Assembly (NCBI GenBank): GCA_041649615.1
Contig: JBAZMT010000004.1
Coordinates: forward strand, 691-64,690
Direction: 5' to 3'
Source of the DNA: Parcubacteria group bacterium
Lineage (GTDB): Bacteria; Patescibacteriota; Minisyncoccia; UBA6257; Colwellbacteraceae
DNA: 64,000 nt
Below the pieces are notes generated by a model that did not search any database, had not been told where the DNA came from, and saw only the letters and a list, made by a program, of their open reading frames with translations. This document shows positions 29,981 to 38,712 of the stretch, one piece after another (within the stretch, counting starts at the first letter, position 1; each line of letters starts with the position of its first letter). The position numbers and the translations under genes are program-made.

Positions 29981-30012
29981 ATTCAAAACGCAAGACTCAA
30001 AACTCAAAACTA
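29981..30012. repeat. Tandem heptamer repeat (CTCAAAA-like)
   Basis: TTCAAAACGCAAGACTCAAAACTCAAAACT between the two tRNAs. Confidence 0.7.
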
Positions 30013-30081
30013 AAGTTACTCCCTTCGGAAGATTTTATAGTTTGAATTTGTTTTTTGTTCTGTTTATGATTCCCTCAATCA

Positions 30082-30154
30082 GGACGGTTAGCTCAGTTGG
30101 TAGAGCGTCTCGTTTACACCGAGAAGGTCACAGGTCCGAGTCCTGTACCGTCCA
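30082..30154 (+). tRNA. tRNA-Val(UAC)
   Basis: Acceptor stem GGACGGT/ACCGTCC, anticodon arm TCTCG-TTTACAC-CGAGA; T-loop reads TCCGAGT. Confidence 0.93.
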
Positions 30155-30159
30155 CAATC

Positions 30160-30861
30160 TTATTTCGTCGTTTGCAGTATTTTCTTTCTCTCCCCTTCCG
30201 GAAATCTTTCAATCGCGTAACGAAGGGTCGTGCGAGGCATTTTTTCTCCGTTCTCTTTTATAAATTCCAAAAGACGCGTTTTATTTTTCTTACCGCATTC
30301 GCGTAAAACCCAGCCGACAGCTTTGTGCATTAAATCCTCTTTGTCTTTAAGTAGAATTTCCGCGATAGCGAAAGCATCGTTCAAATCGCCTTTACGTACA
30401 AAGGCGAAAGTAGAAATTATGGACATACGGCGTTCCCACAAAATCTTTGATTTTGCCAGTCGGTAAAGAGGCGTTCTCTTTTTATTAGAAAGCCAATCCC
30501 CCACTATTTTGTGCGCGGATAAGTCAACCAAATCCCAGTTATTGATTCGTGCCGTGTGGCGTAAATAAAAGCGGTATATTCCTTCTTTCTCTTTTTGCAC
30601 TCCTCGTTCGTATTTCGCAACGAGCATTCCAACGGCCACCGAACGAGCTTCGTGAAACGGGTCGGCTAAAAGTTTTTCAATGCCTCTAAGATCCGTTTCT
30701 TTAAAATGTTTTTTAACAACTTCTTTCAGTACCGGAGTTTTAATTCCCAAAAATTTATCTCCTTCTCCATATTCCCCTTTTCCCGTTTTAAAAAACCACG
30801 CCAGATTATTTGCGCGTTTTTTGTCGGCTAAAGAAAACAATTCTCTTTTTATTGTTTCCAA
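30160..30861 (-). CDS. DNA alkylation repair protein (AlkD family)
   Basis: FFKTGKGEYGEGDKFLG, INNWDLVD, LWERR, KAVGWVLRECGK, RTTLRYAIE. Confidence 0.9.
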   Translation of the reverse strand: METIKRELFSLADKKRANNLAWFFKTGKGEYGEGDKFLGIKTPVLKEVVKKHFKETDLRGIEKLLADPFHEARSVAVGMLVAKYERGVQKEKEGIYRFYLRHTARINNWDLVDLSAHKIVGDWLSNKKRTPLYRLAKSKILWERRMSIISTFAFVRKGDLNDAFAIAEILLKDKEDLMHKAVGWVLRECGKKNKTRLLEFIKENGEKMPRTTLRYAIERFPEGERKKILQTTK

Positions 30862-31463
30862 GTCGTTTTATTCAGTTTCCAGAGATTACCCTCAAAAATC
30901 ATTTCCACGTCCGCTTTTTTTCCGTCATCAAGCGTAATTTCAATATCGGCTTTTTTATCGGACTCGGATAATAATTCCACGTTTTTTATTTCGCCTCTCG
31001 GCATAGTAGCCATGATTATAGCCACCATACTTTCTTCGGTTATGAATCCTCCCGTTCCTTTAATAACATCTCTCATCTGATTATATTTCTGAATTGAACT
31101 ATCGCGATTTTCTTCGCTTTGATAGAGCTCGGTAAAGAGAATCAAGTCGTCTATGTTTTTTATTTTTAAAATTTCTCCTCTGATAATTCGGTAAGTTTCA
31201 ACCGGGCCAAGTCCCGATATATTGACGTCTTGAACAGAAATTATTTTTGGCGTTTCCTCCGGAATACTATTTTCTTCTTCGTTCATCCCGGAATTATTTT
31301 CCTCTGGGAGGTTTGTTTCGCTATTATTTTCGGCGGTTAATTTACTAAGGTTCGGGATCCGGTTTAAAAGCAGTGAAGCAACCATAAAAATAAGAGCCGC
31401 GCCCAATATTGCGAGGTGCCAGATTTTTATCGGCTTCTTTTCTTTTTTAACTATGTCATCCAT
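30849..31463 (-). CDS. Membrane-anchored hypothetical protein
   Basis: N-terminal TM, acidic linker, C-terminal EGNLWKL typical of NTF2-like/DUF4878-type folds (inference). Confidence 0.65.
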   Translation of the reverse strand: MDDIVKKEKKPIKIWHLAILGAALIFMVASLLLNRIPNLSKLTAENNSETNLPEENNSGMNEEENSIPEETPKIISVQDVNISGLGPVETYRIIRGEILKIKNIDDLILFTELYQSEENRDSSIQKYNQMRDVIKGTGGFITEESMVAIIMATMPRGEIKNVELLSESDKKADIEITLDDGKKADVEMIFEGNLWKLNKTTWKQ

Positions 31464-31944
31464 TTGATCTGAATGTGCTTATTCCTTTTCCGAAAAGCTT
31501 TATGAAAACTTCTTCCTTGTCTTTCTCGGTCAATATGTTTATTCCTTCCTTCAATAACTCTTCTCTCAAATCATATTTTAATTTCAAAGACTTATTAAAT
31601 AAAGAGATTAGCGTTACTTCGTCGTCATCCGCGGCCAATCGGTTTATGGAAATTTTTCCGCAAACGACGCACTTATGAATGATCATTAACTCCCCTTTCC
31701 TCTCCCTTTTATATTTATCGCTCCCTTCGTGTTTGAAAGTCAGGCCGATAGGTTCCATCTGTCCTTTGCAGTTTGAAGCGCGATCACCGGAAAATTCTTC
31801 ATCAAGATGAAGCGAAAAAAGGCAATATGGACAGTGGTTCCGGTGTGCGGTGCCTATACTCCCGGAAAAGGGAATTTGCTTGCCGCAATTAACACAGATA
31901 AATCCCTCTTCCTTATCTTCTTCTTTTATTTCATGTCCGGGCAT
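31456..31944 (-). CDS. RNHCP domain protein
   Basis: FICVNCG..HRNHCPYCLFSLH..GDRASNCKGQM..HKCVVCG..NRLAADD. Confidence 0.92.
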   Translation of the reverse strand: MPGHEIKEEDKEEGFICVNCGKQIPFSGSIGTAHRNHCPYCLFSLHLDEEFSGDRASNCKGQMEPIGLTFKHEGSDKYKRERKGELMIIHKCVVCGKISINRLAADDDEVTLISLFNKSLKLKYDLREELLKEGINILTEKDKEEVFIKLFGKGISTFRSNG

Positions 31945-32109
31945 ATTAATAAGAGAAATTTAATATGTCCGGGTGTTTTTGGCTAGTATTAAAGATAAAA
32001 GGATGTGGCCACATATGTGGACAACTATGGGTATAACCCGGCCAAATTGTGGATAAATGGCCGGGTCAAAATGGCCGGGTTTATGTTTTTAAAATGACAC
32101 CCAAATAAG

Positions 32110-32375
32110 TGTTTTCACACTGTTTTCACATTAAAAACTGTTTTCACATTTGTTTTCACATCCTAGAGGCCGAATTTGTTTCAAAATGTTTGCCGACAAA
32201 CACTTTGTACAAAAGTGATTGGTGTTTTCACATTTGTTTTCACATTCTGGATGTCAGATTTGTTTTAAAATGTTTGCCGGCAAACATTTTGTGCAAAAAA
32301 ACGTGTTGCGAGTGTTTGCCGGTAAACATTTTATGCAAGATTTTTTGTTTAGAGTGTTTGTCGGCAAACACTCTA
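32110..32375. repeat. Array of four 16-bp palindromes (TGTTTGCCGGCAAACA consensus) and six TGTTTTCACA boxes
   Basis: Palindromes start at 32187, 32271, 32313 and 32355; perfect DnaA box TGTGGATAA nearby at 32048. Confidence 0.9.
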
Positions 32376-32396
32376 AAACAGATTTATAATAAAAAA

Positions 32397-32786
32397 GTGA
32401 GAGAGATTCCTTCTTTTAATGGTCAACGTGGCCAAATTGGGACATATGGAGAACAATTGGCGGCCAAATATTTAAGGGAAAACGGATATAAAATAGTCCG
32501 AACAAATGTGTCTTTTCCTTATGGTGAAATAGATATTATTGCGAGAGATCGTGACAAGACTCTAGTTTTCGTTGAGGTTAAGGCCATGGCCAGATATGGT
32601 CATATTGGGGGATTGCGGCCAGAAGATAATTTGACCCGGGCAAAGTTAGTGAAATTAAAAAAATCTTCTCAATTCTTCGCCAATCAAAATCAAGCTCTTT
32701 CAAAGAATGGTTGGCGAATAGATTTAATTGCCTTGACAATATTAGAAAAAAGTTGTGACATTAGACACTTGAAAAATATTGGTTAA
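32397..32786 (+). CDS. yraN: YraN family (UPF0102) nuclease
   Basis: GTYGEQLAAKYLRENGYKIVRTN..GEIDIIA..LVFVEVK; GTG at 32397 lies 6 nt after TATAAT. Confidence 0.88.
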   Translation: MREIPSFNGQRGQIGTYGEQLAAKYLRENGYKIVRTNVSFPYGEIDIIARDRDKTLVFVEVKAMARYGHIGGLRPEDNLTRAKLVKLKKSSQFFANQNQALSKNGWRIDLIALTILEKSCDIRHLKNIG

Positions 32787-32807
32787 CACATTTATAATTC
32801 CGGGATT

Positions 32808-33044
32808 ATGCCAAGGATAAGATCAGCCAAAAAAGCTTTAAGACAATCCGTAAAAAGGGAACGGGAGAATTTGAAAAAAATGAAGTCTCTCAAGGCTTCC
32901 GTTAAGACGTATAAAAAGACCTTGTCCGCGAATTCGCTTTCGGAAGCATACAGAGCGTTAGATAAGGGGGCTAAAACGGGGCTAATTAAAAGGAATAAAG
33001 CGCGCAGGCTTAAATCAAGATTGGCTAAAAAACAAACCCGCTAA
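32808..33044 (+). CDS. rpsT: 30S ribosomal protein S20
   Basis: MPRIRSAKKALRQS..LDKGAKTGLIKRNKARRLKSRL. Confidence 0.95.
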   Translation: MPRIRSAKKALRQSVKRERENLKKMKSLKASVKTYKKTLSANSLSEAYRALDKGAKTGLIKRNKARRLKSRLAKKQTR

Positions 33045-33062
33045 GTAAAGCGGGTTTTTGAT

Positions 33063-33857
33063 TTATCTAATAACGAAATCAAGAAGGGCCTCCTCGTAAT
33101 CCAGTTTTCCGGATTTGACGGCCACGTCGTAATCGGCCATGAGACTGAACCACTCTTCGGGAGAAGTTCCCTTGGGAGCAGAGTAGGCGAGACTGTTAAA
33201 AACTCTCGCCGGATCTTCTTTGAGCTTGTATAAAATGGCTTCAAGCGCGATTAATTTTCTTTCTTTGCTCCTGCCGAATTTAATGGCGGAGAGCAGTTCA
33301 AAATAACTCGGTTCGGGCGAAGAGACCGGAAATTCCTTGGACTTAGCCAGAGCCAATTTATCCAGCTCCGAAGAAATGGACCAGAGGTCGCCTCCGAAAG
33401 AAGCGATTAACGATCTGGCGTCCGATTCTGAGAAATTTATTCCTTTTTCAATAGCTTCTTTTAATACGAAGAAAACGAGTTTGTCTTTGGGCAGAAGATC
33501 AAATTCTTGAGTTCTCGTGGGCGGAGCAGCGAGAAAAGGCATACTATCCGGTAAGGAAGTTTCCGCGCTGCTCACAAGAATAATTATATCCTTGCTCACA
33601 GCGAGTCCCGTAAGAATTTCTTTAAAACGATTAAGAACGTCTTCCGAAAAAAGATTGAAATCAACATCCTTCAGGCCAATTAAAGTGCGCGGAGAGAATA
33701 TGGAGCGAGCTTTGGCCGCTTCTAAAAATTTTTCGGATTCATCGGAAGAAAATTCCGAAAAACCAAGGTTACCGTTTTTACCGATGAATTCTCCGACAAT
33801 CGCCGCATATTTTCTCTTCCGGCGAAAGGAATCTTCGCCATAAAGGAAGACAATCAT
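33063..33857 (-). CDS. holA: DNA polymerase III delta subunit-like protein
   Basis: MIVFLYGEDSF, SIFSPRTLI, GGDLWSISSELDKL, DVAVKSG; convergent with rpsT as commonly seen. Confidence 0.75.
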   Translation of the reverse strand: MIVFLYGEDSFRRKRKYAAIVGEFIGKNGNLGFSEFSSDESEKFLEAAKARSIFSPRTLIGLKDVDFNLFSEDVLNRFKEILTGLAVSKDIIILVSSAETSLPDSMPFLAAPPTRTQEFDLLPKDKLVFFVLKEAIEKGINFSESDARSLIASFGGDLWSISSELDKLALAKSKEFPVSSPEPSYFELLSAIKFGRSKERKLIALEAILYKLKEDPARVFNSLAYSAPKGTSPEEWFSLMADYDVAVKSGKLDYEEALLDFVIR

Positions 33858-33899
33858 GATTGCGACCAATATACCACAAAAACCGAAAAATTCCTTCGG

Positions 33900-34778
33900 C
33901 TATAGTTTCTGACAACTGGGACAGAATCTAGCGGACCGGCTGCCGATTTTGATCCTTTTAATGGAAGTTCCGCATCGGGGGCACGGTTTCCCGTCTCTCC
34001 GGTAAACGAGCCTTTTTTCGGCATATCCTCCTTCTTTTCCTTCCAGCGTTCGAAAGTCGGATATGGAAGTTCCGCCAAGTTTTACCGCAAGAGCCAAAAT
34101 ATCTTTCATTGCATCGTAAAGTTTCGCTATTTCTTTTTCGGTCAGAGATGCCGCCGGACGAAGAGGATGAATTTTCGCTTTGAATAGAATGTCGTCCGAA
34201 TAAATATTTCCGATGCCGGCGATCTTCGTTTGATCCATAAGGAGGCTTTTAATATGCTTTCGCGATCCCGAAATAACGGAATGAAACTCGTTTGAATTCA
34301 TTTCCGTAGCTTCCGTGCCCGCATCATAAATTCCTTTTTCTTTGCGTATCTCTTCTTCTTTGCCGAAAATAAGTTTTGCGAATTTCCGTAAATCGGAAAG
34401 GGCCAATTCGCGGCCGTCATCAAGATAAAAAATAACGTGAATATAACCGTTCACTTTCTCGCTAAGGGCGCCCTTAAGCAAAGAAACAGCTATTTCTTTG
34501 CCTTCTTCTTTTTCAATATTCCATTTACCGATAAGAAGATGACCCGTCATTTTAAGATGGATGAGAAGAGCGTAGCCTCCACTGAGCGAAATGATGATGT
34601 TCTTCGCTCTTCTCTGAACATTCGTTATCTCCCTTCCTTTTACGCCTTCTTTCAGTTCTTCAAACGAGCCTTTCCGAATAAGTTTCGGCGTATTGGTCCA
34701 AACGTCTTTAATGCGGCGTCCGACAACCAGGCGTTTTAAACTTCGCGCCGTGTTTTCAACTTCCGGAAGTTCGGGCAT
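33900..34778 (-). CDS. mutM: Formamidopyrimidine-DNA glycosylase
   Basis: MPELPEVE, HLKMTG, AGIGNIY, C-terminal zinc finger. Confidence 0.97.
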   Translation of the reverse strand: MPELPEVENTARSLKRLVVGRRIKDVWTNTPKLIRKGSFEELKEGVKGREITNVQRRAKNIIISLSGGYALLIHLKMTGHLLIGKWNIEKEEGKEIAVSLLKGALSEKVNGYIHVIFYLDDGRELALSDLRKFAKLIFGKEEEIRKEKGIYDAGTEATEMNSNEFHSVISGSRKHIKSLLMDQTKIAGIGNIYSDDILFKAKIHPLRPAASLTEKEIAKLYDAMKDILALAVKLGGTSISDFRTLEGKEGGYAEKRLVYRRDGKPCPRCGTSIKRIKIGSRSARFCPSCQKL

Positions 34779-34811
34779 GAGAAGATTATAACTCGCCTGG
34801 AGGAACGAAGC

Positions 34812-36128
34812 CTATTCAACCATTACCTCCTTCGGCGGAATCAAGGCGGGATCGGTTGGGAGAACGATATAAAAGGTGGATCCTCGGCCAAGAGCGGAAT
34901 CGGCCGAGATATTACCGCCGTGCCGCAGAATGATGTTCTTTGTAATATAGAGCCCAAGTCCCGATCCTTCGGTCTCCGACTTGGTGATGTTTTCTCCCCT
35001 GAAGAATTTGGTGAAAAGTTTGCTTAAAGCATCTTTTGACATTCCCACTCCCGTGTCTTTAATGGATATTTGAATGTAAGGACGGTTCGGGTAAGGCTCG
35101 ATTTTAACGATAACCTGCCCGTTCGTGACGTTATATTTAATGGCGTTGTCCAGGAGATTGGAGAAGGCGATGCCCAGTTTTTGGGGATCTCCGTGAATAA
35201 AAATGGGATTTTTGGGCCGGTCAAAGTAAAGGGAAACGTTGTATTTCTTGGCTAGAATGTTTGCGTTTTTCAACAAGTCGTCCAAAAACATTCCGATATC
35301 AATTTCCGTGAAAGTGTAGCCAAATTTACCTGATTCAATTTTAGAAACGTCCAACAAGTCGTTTACGATCTTTAAAAGTTTCGCCGAAGCGGCAAGGCCG
35401 TTTGAAATAAGTTCCTGGTCATCCGATGAAAGGGTTTCGCTTTTTACAACCGTTTCAAATATCCAATGAACGGCGGTTAGGGGAGTGCGCAATTGATGAG
35501 CGGCAACCGTGATGAATTCCGATTTTCCGCGCAAAAATTCCACTTCTCTCGTTCGGTCTCTTATTATTTTGATGAAACCGGTGGGACTCCCGTCTTCGCT
35601 TATCAGCCTGTCGGTTGAAACCGAGAGCTCAAGAATCGGATCGGAAAAAGATATGTCCATAAGTTGAGGATATTCTCCGGGAGCACTTTTCTTCATTACG
35701 GAAGGAGCGAGAGAGGGAAAAATCACCTGCACCAAAGTTTTAAAAGACGGGTCGGATATCTTCTCGGGTGAAATGACTTGCCCTAAAATGTTTTCCTTTT
35801 TGAGCTTGAATGTTTCCTCGGCCATCCGATTCCAGATAATGATTCTAAAATCCTTGTCATAAACGATGATGGCATCGCTTACGCAGGACACGAGCCTGTC
35901 TATCCGCATCTGTTCCAGCTCGCCTTTGCCTTTGAGCTCGTTGAACGCTTTGCCTAAAAAGAACGAGCCGCCGGTTATTGCGGCAAAAAAGATTACGGAG
36001 GCGACAAACCAGGACAGAGAAAAATGCGTGAAAGCAAGAATGGAAAATAAAATTCCGAAAACGAGAGTCGCTCCAAAAAGAGCGAATTCCGGTTTATACC
36101 AATTAATTTTTTTATTATTTTCCGGCAA
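34812..36128 (-). CDS. PAS-domain sensor histidine kinase
   Basis: Two TMs, PAS, AAHQLRTPL, NLLDNAIKY, DTGVG, GSGLGL. Confidence 0.93.
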   Translation of the reverse strand: MPENNKKINWYKPEFALFGATLVFGILFSILAFTHFSLSWFVASVIFFAAITGGSFFLGKAFNELKGKGELEQMRIDRLVSCVSDAIIVYDKDFRIIIWNRMAEETFKLKKENILGQVISPEKISDPSFKTLVQVIFPSLAPSVMKKSAPGEYPQLMDISFSDPILELSVSTDRLISEDGSPTGFIKIIRDRTREVEFLRGKSEFITVAAHQLRTPLTAVHWIFETVVKSETLSSDDQELISNGLAASAKLLKIVNDLLDVSKIESGKFGYTFTEIDIGMFLDDLLKNANILAKKYNVSLYFDRPKNPIFIHGDPQKLGIAFSNLLDNAIKYNVTNGQVIVKIEPYPNRPYIQISIKDTGVGMSKDALSKLFTKFFRGENITKSETEGSGLGLYITKNIILRHGGNISADSALGRGSTFYIVLPTDPALIPPKEVMVE

Positions 36129-36158
36129 CTTGTACAGTGTAATTGTACAACGAGAGGC

Positions 36159-37040
36159 TTATAAGTTAGAACGATTAACTCTTTCCGAGAGATTCCTGAA
36201 TCCTTTCGCGAGAAGAAAAGCGGACAGTTCATTCTGGGGCAGAGGATTAACTTTGAAATCGGAAACTGATGGAAAGGAAATCGGAACGTTTTTTGCGATA
36301 GTCGCGAGATTTTTAGAAAGCAAAGCGATCTCCTTATTATCAATCACGTTTTTTAAAGCGGCCGTTTTTGGTTCGGGAGATAAAGCATACAAGTCTTCAA
36401 GAGGCCCGTATTTCTTGATTAATTCCGCTGCCGTTTTCGGTCCGATGCCCGAAACTCCCGGAATATTATCGGACGTGTCGCCGACCAATCCTTTAAAATC
36501 GGGAATGTGTTCCGGCGGAACGCCAAAACGATTAATAACGGCCTCGCGATTGTATTCGGTAAAGGAACTAATGCCTTTTTGAGGAATCCAGGCTATTACG
36601 CGATCGTCTTCCACGAGCTGTAAAATGTCCAAATCGCCCGAAAGAATAACTATTTTATCGGCTATATTCTCGGAAGAAGCGCGATAAGCGACCGTCCCGA
36701 TGATGTCATCCGCTTCAAAACCCGGATAATCAAGGCTAATTAAACCAAAAGCTTTAAAGAATTCTTTTGAAGAAATAAGCTGGGAAACCAGATTTTCTTC
36801 CGCTTCCGGACGATGTTCCTTGTAAGCGGAATATTCTTTCTCCCTAAAAGTGGGTTCCGGCCGGTCAAAGGCGGCAACGGCGTATTCCGGTGAAATCTCT
36901 CTTAAAATTTTAAGCATGATGCTTGATAAGCCGTATAAGGCGCCCGCCGGTTTTCCTTCCGAGTCAGTTAAAGGCGGGAGAGCGTGATAGGCCCGATGAA
37001 TAAGGGAGTTCGCGTCTATTATAAGGAAGGTCTGTTTCAT
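36159..37040 (-). CDS. Stand-alone 5'-3' exonuclease (PolI N-terminal domain)
   Basis: IIDANSLIHRAYHALP, FEADDIIGT, GDTSDNIPGVSGIGPKTA; no polymerase domain. Confidence 0.92.
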   Translation of the reverse strand: MKQTFLIIDANSLIHRAYHALPPLTDSEGKPAGALYGLSSIMLKILREISPEYAVAAFDRPEPTFREKEYSAYKEHRPEAEENLVSQLISSKEFFKAFGLISLDYPGFEADDIIGTVAYRASSENIADKIVILSGDLDILQLVEDDRVIAWIPQKGISSFTEYNREAVINRFGVPPEHIPDFKGLVGDTSDNIPGVSGIGPKTAAELIKKYGPLEDLYALSPEPKTAALKNVIDNKEIALLSKNLATIAKNVPISFPSVSDFKVNPLPQNELSAFLLAKGFRNLSERVNRSNL

Positions 37041-37047
37041 GATTCTC

Positions 37048-37524
37048 TTATGAATTGTAACGAATCGTCCGTTCGTTTTCTTTTTTCCCGTGGAAAAAAT
37101 AAATTTTGGTAATTCTGAATTCCCGCGTTAAGCGCGGGAATGACAAGGAAGAAATCAATTCAGGCCATTCTATGAGAGTTATCGTCTTATTATCATTTAG
37201 AATTTCGGGAAAACCGATATTTTTGAGTTCTTTTAAGTTTTTTACTCGGTACAGGTCGGCGTGCAAAAGATTGGTATAGCCGTTTCTCTTTATCTTATAT
37301 GATTTAACGATGGCAAAAGTGGGACTTAAAACTCTTTTAACGCCTAAAAATCCGGCGAATCCTTTAACGAATGCCGTCTTTCCCGAACCGAGATCGCCAA
37401 AAAGGAGGAATACTCGCGGTTTTGGATTTTTGCCGACATCTTTCGTAAGTTTATCCGCCAGTTTGGCGCCTAATTCTTTAGTTTGTTTTTCCGAAACGGA
37501 ACGCAAAACGTGCATACGCGTCAT
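37048..37524 (-). CDS. tsaE: tRNA threonylcarbamoyladenosine biosynthesis ATPase TsaE
   Basis: GDLGSGKT, SPTF, HADLYR, IEW. Confidence 0.93.
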   Translation of the reverse strand: MTRMHVLRSVSEKQTKELGAKLADKLTKDVGKNPKPRVFLLFGDLGSGKTAFVKGFAGFLGVKRVLSPTFAIVKSYKIKRNGYTNLLHADLYRVKNLKELKNIGFPEILNDNKTITLIEWPELISSLSFPRLTREFRITKIYFFHGKKENERTIRYNS

Positions 37525-38510
37525 TTTCCTGAGTTTTCAAGATAATTCAGTCCTTTTTCGGTAAGCATACGGCCGGCAGGAGTTCTTTTTATAAGCCCGA
37601 TTTTTATAAGGTAGGGCTCATAGACGCCCTCTATAACGCTTTTTTCTTCTCCGAGAGAAGAGGAAATGGAGCCTACGCCGGCCGGACCTCCCCCAAATTG
37701 ATCGCGTAAAATCAGAAGAATTCGCCTGTCTTGGTATTCAAGGCCGAGATTGTCAATTTCGAGTATTTCAAAAAGTTCTTTCAGACATTTTCCGTCAATG
37801 AACTTGCTCTCGCGCACTTCGGCAACGTCTCGCGCTCTTTTTAGGATGCGATTTGCCGTACGCGGAGTAAAGCGGCTTACTTCGGAGAGTTTTTCCACGG
37901 CCTCCTCGGTTATTTCCACTCCCAAAATGATGGCCGATCTCTTTATGATTTCCTTAATATCGCTTTCTGAATAATAGTCCAGACGAAAAGTCGCTCCGAA
38001 ACGAGACCTTAGGGGACCGGAGAGCAAGTCAATTCTCGTTGTGGCCGCGACCAGCGTAAAGGGCATAAGGTCAATAGAGATAGTTCTCGCTGACGGCCCT
38101 TTGCCGAGGACTATGTTTAATGTCCGGCTCTCCATGGCCGAGTAGAGTACTTCCTCAATCATTTTGTTCAAGCGATGGACTTCGTCAATGAATAATATGT
38201 CCCCGTTTTCTAGGTTGGTTAGAATGGCGGCCAAATCGCCGGTCTTCTCTATGGCCGGGCCGGAAGTAATCTTTAAATTTCCTTTTGCCTCCCTGGCAAT
38301 AATATGAGCTAAAGTGGTTTTACCTAAGCCCGCCTGGCCATATAAAAGTATGTGATCAACCGGCTCATTTCTTTTATTGGCCGCCTCAAGAATAATTCTA
38401 AGACTCTTCTTGACCGGCTCTTGGCCAATATACCTTTCAAAGCTGTCCGGCCTTAATAGGTTTTCCCAGTTTTGTTCTTCTTTTTGGCCATATATACTTG
38501 CCTCGGTCAT
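37521..38510 (-). CDS. ruvB: Holliday junction branch migration helicase RuvB
   Basis: LRP..YIGQ, GQAGLGKTTLA, FIDEVHRL, PLRSRFG, YEPYL. Confidence 0.97.
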   Translation of the reverse strand: MTEASIYGQKEEQNWENLLRPDSFERYIGQEPVKKSLRIILEAANKRNEPVDHILLYGQAGLGKTTLAHIIAREAKGNLKITSGPAIEKTGDLAAILTNLENGDILFIDEVHRLNKMIEEVLYSAMESRTLNIVLGKGPSARTISIDLMPFTLVAATTRIDLLSGPLRSRFGATFRLDYYSESDIKEIIKRSAIILGVEITEEAVEKLSEVSRFTPRTANRILKRARDVAEVRESKFIDGKCLKELFEILEIDNLGLEYQDRRILLILRDQFGGGPAGVGSISSSLGEEKSVIEGVYEPYLIKIGLIKRTPAGRMLTEKGLNYLENSGK

Positions 38511-38549
38511 GGTCTTGACAATATTTATCCTATATGTTAGAATGCGGTC

Positions 38550-38700
38550 AAAATCCGTTAAGGATTTCTGACGGGATGTAACTTCAGTTAATAGCCACTT
38601 TGGGTTTCGGCTCGGGTGCGCCTCAAGTGCATCTTAACCTCTTTTATTTCTTAAATAAAAGAGTTTCCATAATATCAGAAATCTTTGGCGGATTTTTGTT
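38550..38700 (+). ncRNA. Candidate structured ncRNA (rod-shaped, 6S-like architecture)
   Basis: Promoter TTGACA(38515)-17-TAGAAT(38538); 22-bp closing stem 38550-38571/38675-38696 with G-U pairs; internal stems; U-tract at the end. Confidence 0.6.
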
Positions 38701-38712
38701 TTTAAATTTCTC

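Noticed and set aside
29925-30306. ORFs 29925..30263 and 30097..30306
   Set aside because: They overlap two clear tRNA genes and the alkD 3' end, so they are spurious.
32101-32382. Possible CRISPR array
   Set aside because: The repeats are only 16 bp, the intervening sequences resemble each other (tandem duplication) rather than being unique spacers, and no cas genes are in the window.
32109-32396. Cys/His-rich N-terminal extension of YraN in the ORF track
   Set aside because: It is a translation of the DNA repeat array. The YraN domain starts at GTG 32397, 6 nt after a TATAAT.
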